Shown piece by piece: positions 12,501 through 26,134 of a stretch of DNA of 64,000 bases (position 1 is the first letter of the stretch; each line of letters opens with the position of its first letter). The notes under the pieces are model-generated. The model had not been told where the DNA came from and did not search any database. It worked only from the letters and a program-made list of their open reading frames with translations. The position numbers were made by a program, and so were the translations under genes. The DNA comes from Octopus sinensis (lineage: Eukaryota), in assembly GCF_006345805.1 (NCBI RefSeq), contig NC_043002.1:100254001-100318000 (forward strand), given 5' to 3'.

Positions 12501-15500
12501 GTTGCCACTCTATCGATTATATAATGCGATCGATAAAGTATGTATTATTGCATTCTTTAATGGTCGGTGTCATGAAATATGTCTTGAATGATCTTCACAG
12601 CGTCGATAAGAAAGGTTTAAATGGTCTCTTCTGGTAGATATTTACATCGGGATTTTTTGAACTATTTTCAAAAAGTTTTATTTATTTATCTATTTATTTG
12701 ACTGGCCGTACTTATATATACCCGTTGCTTTTTGCCTGATCGATTTTAAAGCAAAGGGCATAGCCGTAGTAGAGTTACAAGCAACTGAGCCGCTCTGAGA
12801 AACACTCAGAATAATAAAAGACCCACGACATGCGCATACGTCACTGTCTATATGTTGATGACGTGTACTTTATGTAGAATAGCTGTTATGTACAAAATTG
12901 ATCTGGATATCAGCTAAGTAAAACATTACCATAACCCCTTGGTTTGGTAAAGAAGAGCAGGTAGTCTTCTGCCTGATGACTATGGCGAAGGGCACGCTTG
13001 AAATGTTTGATGACAGGTCATTCCCTCTCGGGCAATAGTATTCTAGTAACGCTTAAATAGTATGCTGAGGGCAGCGTGGCAGTCTCTTCTCTGCAGTAAT
13101 TTTTTTTTAATGCGGTTGTGCGAAATTAGCGCAACTAAATTGGCTTGCTCGAACTGTGCAATTGTAGATTGGCTACAAGATCTTAAAGTTAATTTTTACC
13201 TGTTGATGGATCAGCGTATACCGGTTGAGTATCGGGAATCAGGTTCCCCGAAATCATCTCCAGAAGTCTCGTTTATTTTCATGATCCATTATTATTGTTA
13301 ATTAGTTTTCGTATATTATTATGAAGCACGTGGATTTGATAATGTGTCTTATACTTGATCTTCAAATCAGAAGATCGATTGACAAGCCATGTAAAATATT
13401 GGAGTGTCTTTAAGGAAATTGTTTTACCTTGCTTTCTTCTAGCCCACTCATATGAAGATCAGTAATAGGGGCAGCTGGAGTGTAGCGCTGCTACGAATTC
13501 ACATCCTGTTGACGGTGTAATCTTGTATAGTAGATCGCGCAAAAGCTTTTAAAAATCTGAATAAGTTCCGATCCTGTGAGATCGTAGACTCGAGGCAGAG
13601 ATACTGTCATTGATATTTACTGTTATAGATTACTTTACGGCCTTATTACTGTTTATGTTATCGTTTTACTCGTTGTAAACTCAACCGTTATTGTTTTTCT
13701 TTGTCTTTCTTCTTTTTACTGTCCACAGCATTTTAAGCGCTGAAGATAAGCTAAATTATTGTTAGTGTCGTAAAATGTCATTATTATTTGAAAACTTTAA
13801 CAGAGAAATAAAGTAGGCTCCTACGGGGGAAATGGAACAAGTTTATACATCTACATTTTAATTTTAGACATTTTTAAAACATTCTCTATGACCTTTTTTC
13901 CTCGAAAGCTTTCTTTGAAATTTTACATTATCTGTTATATAAATGTTTTAAAAATTCAGTTTTCAAACGCGTTTTCTTATATATTTTAAGTAGAAATATG
14001 ACGAAAATATACATTATTATTTTCCTTTTCATTGTTATCGTTGTTGTCGTTATCAGGACCAACATGATCATCATCATGATCATGATCATCATCATCATCA
14101 TCAATGATGTTTGTCTTTTAGGCAAATGCTATCGCAGTGCATTTTAACTTTTGATTTTTATGAAAATAAATTCTCTATGGAAAATGCTTATATTAAAATA
14201 TTGGAAGTACTCGTTTTAGAAATAGAGGGATTTGAAAGGTTTTGTAGCACAAAGTCGATACATTGTGAACCATTGAAATCCACTAATTTATGTTGTTTAT
14301 CTTCTGTTTCACGATAAGTATATTGGATCTCAAAAATAGAATTCCTGCTTTCTGTCGAAATGCCTCTTTTAATTTTTTTTATTATTTTGTCAAAATTTGA
14401 AACCGTATTATAAACTACATAATACAGAAACTGATAAGAAACTGTCCGCTTCGTAATTCTCAACTTTTGTAATATTTCGAAAGCTAGAATTCTGCATTTA
14501 CTGATTCTATACAACTTAATGAAAGGAACACCGGACGCATATATTGTTTTGCCAAAATATTACGCCGTAGACTAACAGAAGCTGTAGATCCCACATGGGT
14601 ACCAGCGATGTGAGATTTCTAAACAAGGATGTGATTTCTGAATTTAATCCGGCAGCTAAATTGCGAGGTGATCTCTTCTTCAAAAGAGCCGAGTCGTGAG
14701 TTAAATATATGCTGAAAAAAGAAACATAAAACATCCATGAATGGATATGTGTATGTAAATATATGGGTGTTTGTTTTAAACAAGTATATATGACAGCTTT
14801 TGATTTGATTCGGTTATATAGCTTCTGGTTGATTAACCATTTCTCATTGTACTCAACAAATTACTATGGAGATAGATAGCATCTAAGAAAACTTAGAAAG
14901 TTGTGCTCAACAGCGACCGCAGTCCAATGACAACCATTAAAAAATAAAACGTCGGGTAGTATATTTACGGCTGAATTCTATATTACGTTGGCGATTTTGC
15001 TGGTATTTAAGATTTTTAATTACATTTTTCTGTTGGGTGGCATTTGTTTTTGACCATGTACAATAGTACAAAATTAGGAACTTTTTTCTTCCGAACTTAG
15101 TGAACACTATCAATAAATAATAAGAGAATGAAACATATACTAGCAGAAATTTATCGTTGAACGTACGACCTGCACTCATTTACCTGCTGACTTTATTTTG
15201 AGAGGCCTCCAGGTCTTATGTATATATGTGAATTTCTATTGACACCTTTCCCAGATTTCCAAGACAAAAGAGTTCAGACCAGGAAATTAATTTACAACCA
15301 GTAGTAGAAGCAAGTAAACACTGGAAAAATATCCAGGCTTCCTTCTTCAAGGTGGAGAGATAAGAATCTAACCAATTCTTATTAGATCCTTATCTCTCTA
15401 CTCTGAAGAAGGAGTCTAGATTTTTTTCCTTTTTTAAATTTCATTACTGGTTACAAATTTTTGGCGAATTTCATCTGCTAACATTCTGAAATAACTCCGA

Positions 15501-15600
15501 GCTCCCAGAAACAGCGGTCGGATTTGTTATACCATATTTTCTCCGAGCTAATTCTATCACTATATGTAATTTGAGTAAGTTGTCTCTCTCTCTGTATATA

Positions 15601-15674
<74 letters not shown>

Positions 15675-15866
15675 GTGTGTGTGTGTGTGTGTGTAATTGT
15701 CACTAATGCGACTAAGGGTGTGAAGACACCTACATGGCTAGACATAAGAACTAAAATGCTCTAATGCTTAGTCGCATTTAGTAAAAACTATATTATTCCC
15801 TTATGGCTGTTTAAATTAATTTATACACACACACACATACACACACACCACACACACACACACACA

Positions 15867-15923
<57 letters not shown>

Positions 15924-15926
15924 ATA

Positions 15927-16500
15927 GTTCAAATTTGCATAAAACGAAAGACGAAGGCAAGTGTATGAAAAGCAAGAATGTGTATCAGTTTGACGATCGG
16001 GTAAGTCAGAAGGTCTTTTACGTTGCAAGCCTACGCTCTTCAACATGTGGTATGGTGATGTGTGGGGTGGGGATGTGAATGTTGGGTGGAGGTGTGCTCT
16101 GGACGGGTGGGTGATGTGGGAGTTGATGTGTTGAGTGGGATGTTGGTAGAAGGGGAATTATTGAAGAGAGAAAGTGGGTAAGTTTGAATAAAGAAAATAG
16201 ATGTCAGAGCAAGAGAGGAGAGGAGATGTGTGTATGAGAGAAGAGAGAAGTAGGTGCCAGATGAAGAGAGGAGAGTTCAGCCTGTGTGAGGAAAAGGAGC
16301 AAAGAGAGAAGATTAATTCTTGTTCATGGCGAAGGCAGGAGTCTCGATGGTCCCTGTGCAAGGACAATCTGAAAACAGACAGGTGTTGTAGTTAATGACC
16401 GATAGAGTGGAAATGCCATGAGACCGAGGTGTCATTGCTGAGTCTGATGTCTCGGAGGTCCTCCATGTACCGGTAAGCCAAGCGGCGTGAGTGAGCATAT
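15927..16500 (-). mobile_element. Penelope-like element 3' fragment: GIY-YIG endonuclease C-terminus plus pLTR
   Basis: Minus frame SRRLAYRYMEDLRDIRLSNDTSVSWHFHSIGH*...RHEQELIFSLCSFSSHRLNS matches the PLE pattern R..EH...I....V..HF...H...EQ..I..L....GLN. It is followed by a degenerate hammerhead-like motif (16021-16046) and (TA)n. Confidence 0.75.
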
Positions 16501-17109
16501 GCATATAGGCACATGTATGTGGGTGTGTGTGCGCACCTGCGTATGTATGTACATACACGCATACGCGATTTCTATGAGCGTTTTTACTTTCTCCACTTCG
16601 GGTTTTTTCCCTTTATTTAACGCTCATTTTCATAGCATTTTTCTTTGTCTTAATAACTGACGAGATGCCGGAGCAGATTTCCGCAACGAAATCCGATTAA
16701 TTGTCACATATCATATTACAGATAAATTATTCCTCTATTTACGTAATATCGAGGTTTCATTCATTCTTTATTTGTCATATTATTACTATTAATATATATA
16801 TATATATAGAGAGAGAGAGGGGGGATAGATAGATAAGTAGATAGGTAAACAATGACGTGTCTCTTGGTTGAATTAATGAATGTCTAAAATTAATTTGGTT
16901 TAGTGTTTCTTTTTGTTAACGTTTTAACAGCTAAAATTTTTCTCAGACGCTCAGTTAAAATTTGATTAATATGGATTACCTTGATAATCTTGTGTTGTCA
17001 TAAGTTTTCGTACTACGTGTTTACGACTATATATATATATAGATATATATACACGTGTGTATATGCTAATGCAACAATTGAAACAATTGTTGGATTTTTT
17101 AAGGTGTCA

Positions 17110-17457
17110 TCTTTATACTCCCACATTTTGCGGTGCAGTTTAACCAAAACCGGGTATCTTATAGTCGGGATTCATATCGAGCCCTTCTGGGTATTAGCGC
17201 GCGACTACAATGAGTCTACGATTTAAAAAATAATTTACCATCATTTTTTTTTACATTTTAATGCATTTTTTCGCTATTATATAAGGGAAGTAACTCTCTA
17301 AAAATGTCTACGATGAGTCAACGATTTAAAAAAAAAATTACCATCATTTTTTTCCATTTTTAATGCATTTTTTTGCTATCTTTTTGGCTATAACTCTAAA
17401 AATGCTTATATAGTTATTTCCCTTACAAACCCGAGCAACGCCGGACGATACTGCTAG
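17110..17457 (+). mobile_element. Non-autonomous Helitron 3' portion
   Basis: 3' end CCCG-AGCAACGC-CGG hairpin about 11 nt before CTAG (17454-17457), followed by T. Internal ~65-bp duplication. The last ~120 bp are shared with 59267-59646. 5' end not resolved. Confidence 0.75.
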
Positions 17458-18620
17458 TCTAAAATAAAAATATTATTTTCTTCGTACATATTGACATCAT
17501 ACATATATTTATATATATATATATATACATGTGCATGCGTGGATATATGTGTATAAGTGTGATTGCAAACATATATGCATATGCGTGTGTATACCAAAAG
17601 TGAATGGAAAGTAATTGTAGATCGATAAACCCGATATTTGAGGCAGTGGCCGGTCGATAAAGCTATACGGGTAAGCATACACTAAGTGTTAATATGTTCT
17701 ATTCCGTTTCAACATATAATTATACTTAAGAATATAGGAAGGAATCAAGGGAAACAAAAAAAAACAATAACAAAAAGAACTAAATATTCAAATTGATCTT
17801 GAGAAAATGACAATGCTGCGATGAAGATGGAAATATTTCGCATCGATCAAAATTTTAGTAAAGTTTTAAGAGTCCGATTCTAGTTTCAGTATATGATAAC
17901 GTCTTTTGATAGAAGTCTACAGTAGTTATACTCTGTAGAAAGAAAATAGATTCAAACTTGAAGTAATATAATACATAAAATGAGAATAATTATCAGGTTT
18001 TATCTTTGTATCTTAATATTGATTTTGTGAAATATTATCTCTCCCTCTCCATCGTGTAAGTATTTTAGCGTTACATAATATAATCTTCCAATAATTCTTT
18101 CATGAATATATAGGATATAGTAAGAGACAAACACATCGGCACGGTGTGAACTAAACCTTTAAATAATTACCAAGAAAATTGAAATAGCGTTTACAACGCG
18201 TAAATTTTATGGTGGAATTCCATCTTAATAAATACTATATTAATAATGCGTAAAGATCACGGCCCCGGTGCAAAGTTGTTCTGAGCAATTGAAAGGCGTT
18301 TTGCTGCAAAACTGAAGAACAGTAAGTTCAAAATGTCAAACTAGAACAAGAAGGATAACTGCTACGAGAATGTTACAAACGAAGCAAGCGACTCGGACGG
18401 AGATGTTCAATTCATTTAAATTAGTAACAATGCACAATTAACTGGACGATGAAAATAATTTGAATGGACAGCCACAATTCAGTACAAGCGAAGCGATGTG
18501 AGAACAATACAGTATCCGAATCACAGAGCTAGAGAAGAATTGAAGAGTGATGCCGAATTAGACATTTAAACAGGAAAGAAAATCGGTTAAAAGTTGTAAT
18601 TCTATAAATACACCATAGCT

Positions 18621-18652
<32 letters not shown>

Positions 18653-18714
18653 TGGGCATACACGCATCGATATGGATATAGGTATACATATGAGTATGTG
18701 TGTATAAATACATG

Positions 18715-18751
<37 letters not shown>

Positions 18752-19004
18752 GCATGTATCTATATTCATATATATGTGTGTATGCCTAAATGTATAGATA
18801 TATAGATGGGTGTGTGTGTGTATGTATAAGCAAACACTCATGTATATATCTATATCCATAAAGAATATACATATATATGTCTTTGTATATGTATATATAT
18901 CATACAGAACAACATTTTGTATGGACGGATACACGGATACACGGATACACTTACGTACAAACACACACACACACGCACACACTCACACCCACACACACAC
19001 ATAT

Positions 19005-19056
<52 letters not shown>

Positions 19057-20088
19057 ATATGTACATATACTCGTTAAAACTCACACGCACATACTCTGAG
19101 TGCCATAGATAAGTAGAATATGGGAGTTTTAAATTACAGAAGGAATATGCAATATATGCTGCAATTTATCGAGCTAAAGAGAGATTCTTAATGTAGATCA
19201 TCAACTTGGTAGAAATAGTTGCTAAATTATTTCCAGTCTCACTCAACAGTCTTAGATAAAGCATAGTTGTTGATAGATGAACCATACAGTGTATGTTAGT
19301 GTACCAGCCGTAATTATTCTGTCTGTTCAGCCAGAAATAATCTGTTGATATACAAGAAATTTGTATGGCATCACTAAAAATTATCATTCAGAAAAATAAT
19401 TTGATAGAATTCTTAATCGGAAATCACTTCCATTCGACCAATAATGTACCAAGAAACCGCCTGCAATCATCGGACACTGCGTGAAGCACTCGGGTTTATC
19501 CGCCATCTGAATCATAACCTGGGAACATACGCATGGAAGAACGAACAGTTGTCATGTTGCGAAACTTTATTCGGATGTAGTAGAGTTCCTACGCAGCTGC
19601 TGACCTCAGTTAATTGATTACAGAAAGGGATCTGCACTGGCATCTGTCATCATGGCCAACATAAATACCTGTTGTAGACGATACATGATAAGCCTTGATC
19701 TACAATATGTACAAAAATACAACTCTGAATTTCGGATTGGAATGTCTATATCCTTATTGGTCTAACAGCGGAAGTGAGGAAAAAATATCTTCTGTTTTAG
19801 TCATTAAACTACGGTGATGTTGAGGCACTGCCTTGAAAAATTTCCATCGAACTTATCGACCCGAGTAGTTATTATATTTTTGTTAGGACTGGTACTAATT
19901 CAATCGAATATCTTTTGTCGAAGAGACAAGTTGGTGATGGGTGACAAGAATATACACAAAGGTCGCAGTTTCAAAGCGACGAAAATATTTTGACAAATTA
20001 AATTTAAATGTTGAAGTGAATCTAACGGTTATTTTCCCGTTTTTAAATGGCTTATAAACACCTGCCATGCTGCATTTGTATATTTTCA

Positions 20089-20247
20089 ATGGCCTTCTTT
20101 CAGTTTCCGACGAACAAATCCACCTGCAAGGATTTGGTCAGTCAGAGGTAATAGTAGAGTACTGTTGCCCAATGTTCCACGCAGCGGGAGACTGAATCCG
20201 GAGGCATGTATTTGGGAGGCAAAGTCCTCACCACACGACCACGCCTG
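20089..20247 (-). mobile_element. SINE family B, decayed 5' half
   Basis: Degenerate match to the family B head and body (CTTCTTTCAGTTTCC...CAAATCCAC...CCACGCAG.GG.ACTGAA.CCGG...CCACAC). Confidence 0.65.
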
Positions 20248-21695
20248 AAAATCGTCGGAGGCCACTGATAAGACAAGACATTACCTATAGCTCAAGTCAA
20301 AGTAAATGATAAAAATATCTGGCCCACAGTTGCAAATCTCACAAGAATCCTTAATCAAGGCTGTTGATACAAGAGCTTGATTCTTACCTGTTTGCCCACT
20401 TTCTTTGCATTGTTGACCTTCCGCTGCACTGCTAGTTCTTTTTCTTAATTTTTGTGTAGGAAGAGGTGTTTTTACCTAAACATGGAAAATTACACTACTT
20501 AAGTGAACAAAACTATGTTCATGTAGAACGAACCCACACAAAGAAAGATTATAATATTTTTAATGATTTCTTAAGTAATAAATTAAATTATATTTCTTCT
20601 AAAGTTGAAAATCAGAAAAATACAGCTGAGTGGCTGTGTCCAATTTCGCACTTTAACTTGGAGACTTTTGTTCTGAGGAGTTTGATCCAAAGTGGAGGGC
20701 TGTCCTAGGAGGGGTTTCTCTGGACCCCTACCGATATATGTTACCGTGACCGTACCTTGTCTTATACCATTAACTACAACACCAATCTGCAGACGCACCG
20801 GCACTTTCTCTCCTCCAACTTCGTCCTGGGCATATGCTTTCATATTCCCACCCACTGTGAATGGACTTCTTCGATCTTTGCTTCTAAGGGAACACGCCGT
20901 GTTTTTTTTATTTATTTTAAACCTAAAGATATGTCACTTTTCACGAGTTGCATTCATTATGGCAACAACCCAGCTCCATACGTCTTAGTTTGTCCAAACG
21001 TTGCTGATACGCACTGAATATCAATTTTCAGTTACCTGGAAGTCGTAAACCTGTGGCTACAAGACACTCGCTCAAGGCACCGCGCAGTACGATCGAATTC
21101 GGGACCAAGTAGTTCTTAGAGAAAGCGTTGATCAACGGCTTTCCATGCTTTGTATTAAACTTTAGAAAATGGGAATTAATATTGTTAATCGTATTATCAA
21201 CAATACTACTGATAATATACATATTTTTAGATTAAGCTTATACGTAATATGCAAGACTCTTTAGAGTATTCAAAAATGGCATGTGGTATTTAGTTGCTGC
21301 TCTTTACCGTCTGAATTCAAATGTCTTGTTCAATTTTGTCGTTCAAACTATCGAGTTGATAAATATCACGTTTAAAAGGAAATCTATCTATCTATCTAGC
21401 TAGCTAGCTAGCTAGCTATATATATATATATATATTTATGTCCATTTGTTTTTGGCTTACAACGCTAACAAAAATAAGTGTTTTTATTGTTCTTTATACC
21501 TTTGGTAATGTAATTTAAATTTGCTTTTTCGTTTGTCAAATCGTGATTATGTTGATTGAATGAAAATTTTTACGGTTGGAATAAAATTAATTGTAGGCAG
21601 GAAATTGGTACAATCTTTCAATTATAGGGAAAAAGTATTTTCCTGACAAGTTCGAATCCATATGATGTCAAATTTACTTTTCATTAATTCCAGGG

Positions 21696-21754
<59 letters not shown>

Positions 21755-22236
21755 CATACATATATATATTCCGGCAATCCTGATATTTCACAAAATGAAT
21801 TTTCCCCAATGTATTAAAAATTTGCTTCGATAATCCGAAGCATATCTAAAACTTAATGTGTTTATAGCAGAAAGGTTTCATATCAAACATCTTAATATTT
21901 AATCGTAAGAAAATTTTGGGTGAAAATCTGGAAACTCTGGAATTTTTCATTGCGCCGCAATGTTTTTCAATGCTAATACACAAGACCGATGCTCCACACA
22001 AGAATATTGCATTCTTTGTCTCCTATCAAAATCATTTCCTTTAAATAGTGAGCATCTTGAAGAATATCCATTAGAGTATTTTCATATGCTGTGTTTTCAT
22101 ATACTTGTGAGACGCAAGCAGACGTTTATTATTTTGTTTAGCATGAAACTTTGAAAATTAAAGTCAAAAGCCGGGTCTAAAACCGCAACGAGAGTCTGAG
22201 TTACTCGAAATATAAATTTACGCATTATAAAGATTT

Positions 22237-22650
22237 CTGGATCGTTTCGGTTTGAACGACAGTTTTTTCTAGCGGTGTCATATGAAATTGTCACCCAGAA
22301 TCGATCTATTGCATTTCAATCTCTTTTAGGGTTAGGCTTAGTTAGGGTTAGGGTTAGGGGAAGGCTATCTTTTTTTCTTCACAAATGTAAATAAACTTAA
22401 TCTGTTTCTTAAACGAGGGACATATTCATACGGCACAGAATGCTTTTTAACTCAATAGACGTCACTGATTGGTTGGCATTGTAGAAATTGAAGAAAAAAC
22501 AACAAATATCTTACAAACGGTAGAATGTTCTCAATAAAGCCAAGAGAAAAAGATGCTTTATAAACACATTCTACCAGTATACGAAGTTTAACATTTTTTA
22601 GTTACCTAGAAATTATGTTAAAAACTGCCGTTCAAGCCGAAAAGATCCAG
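22237..22650. mobile_element. MITE-like element with 31-bp TIRs and internal TTAGGG repeats
   Basis: 22237-22267 and the reverse complement of 22620-22650 match 28/31. TTAGGG-type repeats at 22326-22360. No clear TSD. Confidence 0.7.
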
Positions 22651-23216
22651 ATATTCTTTCTGAATTACGTTTGTTAAAGTGCTGGAAATATTTAGGGAAG
22701 TCATGTTTCTATTTAAAATCATTTGTATTGCATCACGACGTTTACCTCCGTACGATATCATGGTTACTTTTTGCAGACATTTCATTAAAAAACATTGCCT
22801 CGATTCATAATTTTTTCTTTCTTTCAATAAAATAAATATTCTGAATTAAATAGACACATCACATTCTTGCATTAAAGCTGTGAATAAATTCACCATTAAT
22901 CTTGACACGATATCCAATAGGTCTACTTGATCAGAACTAATCTGGAGCAAGACAACAACACCATCAACAACAACAACATCACGATATTCACAGTAATTAT
23001 ATGAATATAATAACAAAACGCTGATTCCGAAAAATTACTGCCTGCATCTAAGTCGTCAGGATTGAAAGCCGTTTAACAATGAAAACGTTGGAGTGAATAT
23101 GTAATGTATGTATGGGTAGATGAATGAACGAATGGAATTCATCGATCAATGGAAATATATGTACCGCTTGAAGGATTTTTTGTAAAATTATTAACTTTTC
23201 TTTTTTCTCTTTTCAG

Positions 23217-23261
23217 TGATCTTGACGACATAAATGCTGACTGCTTACATTTAGATATTTG
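23217..23261 (+). CDS. BAIAP3: Internal coding exon (45 nt, phase 2/2) of a BAIAP3/Munc13-4-like C2-domain protein (C2A)
   Basis: Branch-like TTAAC, long polypyrimidine tract and TTTCAG acceptor (AG 23215-23216); donor G|GTGAGT at 23262. Encodes (F)DLDDINADCLHLDI(W), resembling BAIAP3 F-EIEDVSTDQLHLDIW-DHDD as recalled. Length is a multiple of 3. Orthology within the BAIAP3/UNC13D group is not resolvable from 15 aa. Confidence 0.75.
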
Positions 23262-23604
23262 GTGAGTAACATTGTAAATATAAAGTTATGCTTTTACGTT
23301 TTGCATTTTTCAGTTATTATTTATTTCGCTCTTACAATGAATACCGTAACTTTTATTAACTCCCACTGCAACTCTATTTGGTATAGCAATGGATTCTACT
23401 GTGGTTGTTTGTGATTTCAAACGTGTTCCTGGTTATCTGTTAATATAATTGACAGTCTATTTGTCACTCTCTTTTTGTCAGCTCTCTCGAAACCAAATCA
23501 GATAGCACTGATGTTTTTTTTTATTTAGCTCCAGTGCAACTATAGAATACCTGTATGTTATCTAGCATATGACATCTAATGCAGAAAATATAACTTTACA
23601 ATTA

Positions 23605-23999
23605 TTCTTTTACGCTTTTACTCTTTTACTTATTTCAGTCATTTGACTGTAACCATGCTGGAGTACCGCCTTTAGTCGAGCAAATCGTCCCCAGGATTTA
23701 TTCTTTGTAAGCCTAGTACATATTCTATCAGTCTCTTTTGCCGACCCGCTAAGTTACGGGGACGTAAACACACCAGCATCGGTTGTCAAGCGATGCTGGG
23801 AGGACAAACACACAAACATATGCACAAACACATACATATATATGATGGACTTCTTTCAGTTTCCGTGTACCAAATCCACTTAGAAGACTTTGGTCGACCC
23901 GAGGCTATAGAGAAGACACTTGCCCAAAGTGCCACGCAGTGGGACTGAACCCGGAACCATGTGGTTAATAAGCTAGCTACGTACCACACAGCCACTCCT
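23605..23999 (-). mobile_element. SINE family B, near full length
   Basis: Minus strand: AGGAGTGGCTGTGTGGTA head, GGTTCCGGGTTCAGTCCC B-box, GGCACTTTGGGCAAGTG core, tail GGCGGTACTCCAGCATGG...GACTGAAATAAGTAAAAG. Confidence 0.9.
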
Positions 24000-24482
24000 T
24001 GGTAATACTAAGTAATAATAAATCTGTACTTGTTTGATAGTTAAACCTTATTGTTATTCGTAACATATTTTTATAAATATACAAATGAGACGAGTGTTTA
24101 ATTTAATTTTATTTCATAAATATTTTTAGCTTGAAACATTTCAAAATTTAATACAAACACTACGAAAGAAAGTTAAACCCATACAAACTGGAACTAAGTA
24201 ACATTATTTCATACAAGGTACACCCACCACTAACAAATAAATATAGTTTACACTAATTCGTTTAGATATCCCTGTAGTCTCAGAGAAACATAGACACTCT
24301 CAAGACATTTTCAACCCCCGCCCCAGTGGCACATCCCGGATGTGATAACTGGTAGGGAAGACAGTGCCGCATCAACACGTATTACAGAACGATAAATCAA
24401 TTTCATTTCAAGCAGTCATCTCCCTCTATCTTTCTCTCTTTTTCTCTCCCTCACCGTCTCGCTCGCTCTCTCTCACTCTCTG

Positions 24483-24513
<31 letters not shown>

Positions 24514-25826
24514 TATATACACATACACACATATATATATATACCTCTTCCTCTCTCGAAATAGAGAGAGAACACATGAACATAACGAAAGATTAGCAAA
24601 TTGGTGAAGAGTTTGTCAGAGTGGTTAGTGTCATTCCAGCGCCTCTGATTTCGAATCCTGGCGAAGTTAGCTTTGCCCGTCATGCTTTCGGAAACTACAA
24701 ATTACCAACACAAGAATCAATTCTTCTCTCTTTCTTCCTTTCTTTCTTTCTCCTAAAAAGAAATAAACTCTGTGCATTCAAGGGGAAGGATGAGCTAAGC
24801 TTCGTTTAAAACCAGGAGTTAAGGGACCAGAGAAGGGAAAATGATTAGTAATATCTCATTTCCTTTGAGTTAGCATGATATTCCTCTCAGTACTTCAACA
24901 TGATAGCACCAAGAATCTTTGGAAAAGTTACATAGCAGAAAGTTAGATGATGATGTGTGAAATGGGAAGAATTACCATCATTTGTCACCGAGAATGGAGT
25001 GATATTCCAAATCTACATATATCATCATAGTTGCCATTGTTATTGATATTTCCAGAATAGAATGTACCATAACAAGTTACTTAATTTTATTTCAAACTTA
25101 TTGTTATCGTCACTATAGAAAGAAAATAATACGTCAAATTACACTGCAGTATTTTTATAACTGATAGAGTGGATCTCGCAGATAATTCAGGTTGTAAAAA
25201 TTATAGAGCTTTTGCAGCTAGCTTTCTTTGATCGGATTGCTAACAGTTAAATGCGTTTGTTCATTTCGTATTCTGTCCAGTTAACTTGAAATTTTAGCCT
25301 AACGAAATGTATTCTCAATATATTTTCTTTGAGGGAGCACTCTGTAAACTTTTTTTTTCTTTTGTATCAGCTTCCCTGTATACTTGGAGATCATGATCTA
25401 CATCTGCATACATACAAATACGCACGTTCACATACACACAAACTCAGAAAGGCTAACATTTGCATATAAAACTTAACCATCCAGCTGCTGTCTTTCGCTA
25501 ATTGTGTTACCTGCTTCTGTAGGTATGAGCAGATACAGACACTCATGTGACTCACCTACCCATGACCCAAGAGATAAAGAGCCAGTATGAGAATTGCACC
25601 AGAAATAGGCTGATACTTAACTTTTGCTGATGAGACTAAAGCAACGTGAAGTGTAGTGTCTTTTTTTCAATGACACAATATTCTGCAAGGTTCAGAAATG
25701 GAAATCACGCATGCCTTCCAGCACACATACACGCACAGACACATACACATACTCACACATACACGCAGACGCACATATACCTGCATACATAATATATATA
25801 TATCTACACACACACACACACATATA

Positions 25827-25862
<36 letters not shown>

Positions 25863-26022
25863 TGTATGTATGTATGTATGCATGCATGTATGTATGTATG
25901 CATGCATGTATGTATATTCTTTTCTTTTTGGGTAAATCTCTTATTTGTATTTCTTGTTTTTAATATTTCAGCATTTAACACAGAAGTTCAATCTTTTCTA
26001 TCAATCTATCTATCTTTTTTAC

Positions 26023-26134
<112 letters not shown>

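Noticed and set aside
13690-13780. Strong splice acceptor (AG at 13727-13728) as another host exon
   Set aside because: All frames hit stops quickly, with no matching donor and no BAIAP3-like peptide.
22326-22360. TTAGGG repeats as a telomere or chromosome-fusion scar
   Set aside because: Only a few units, and internal to a TIR-bounded element.
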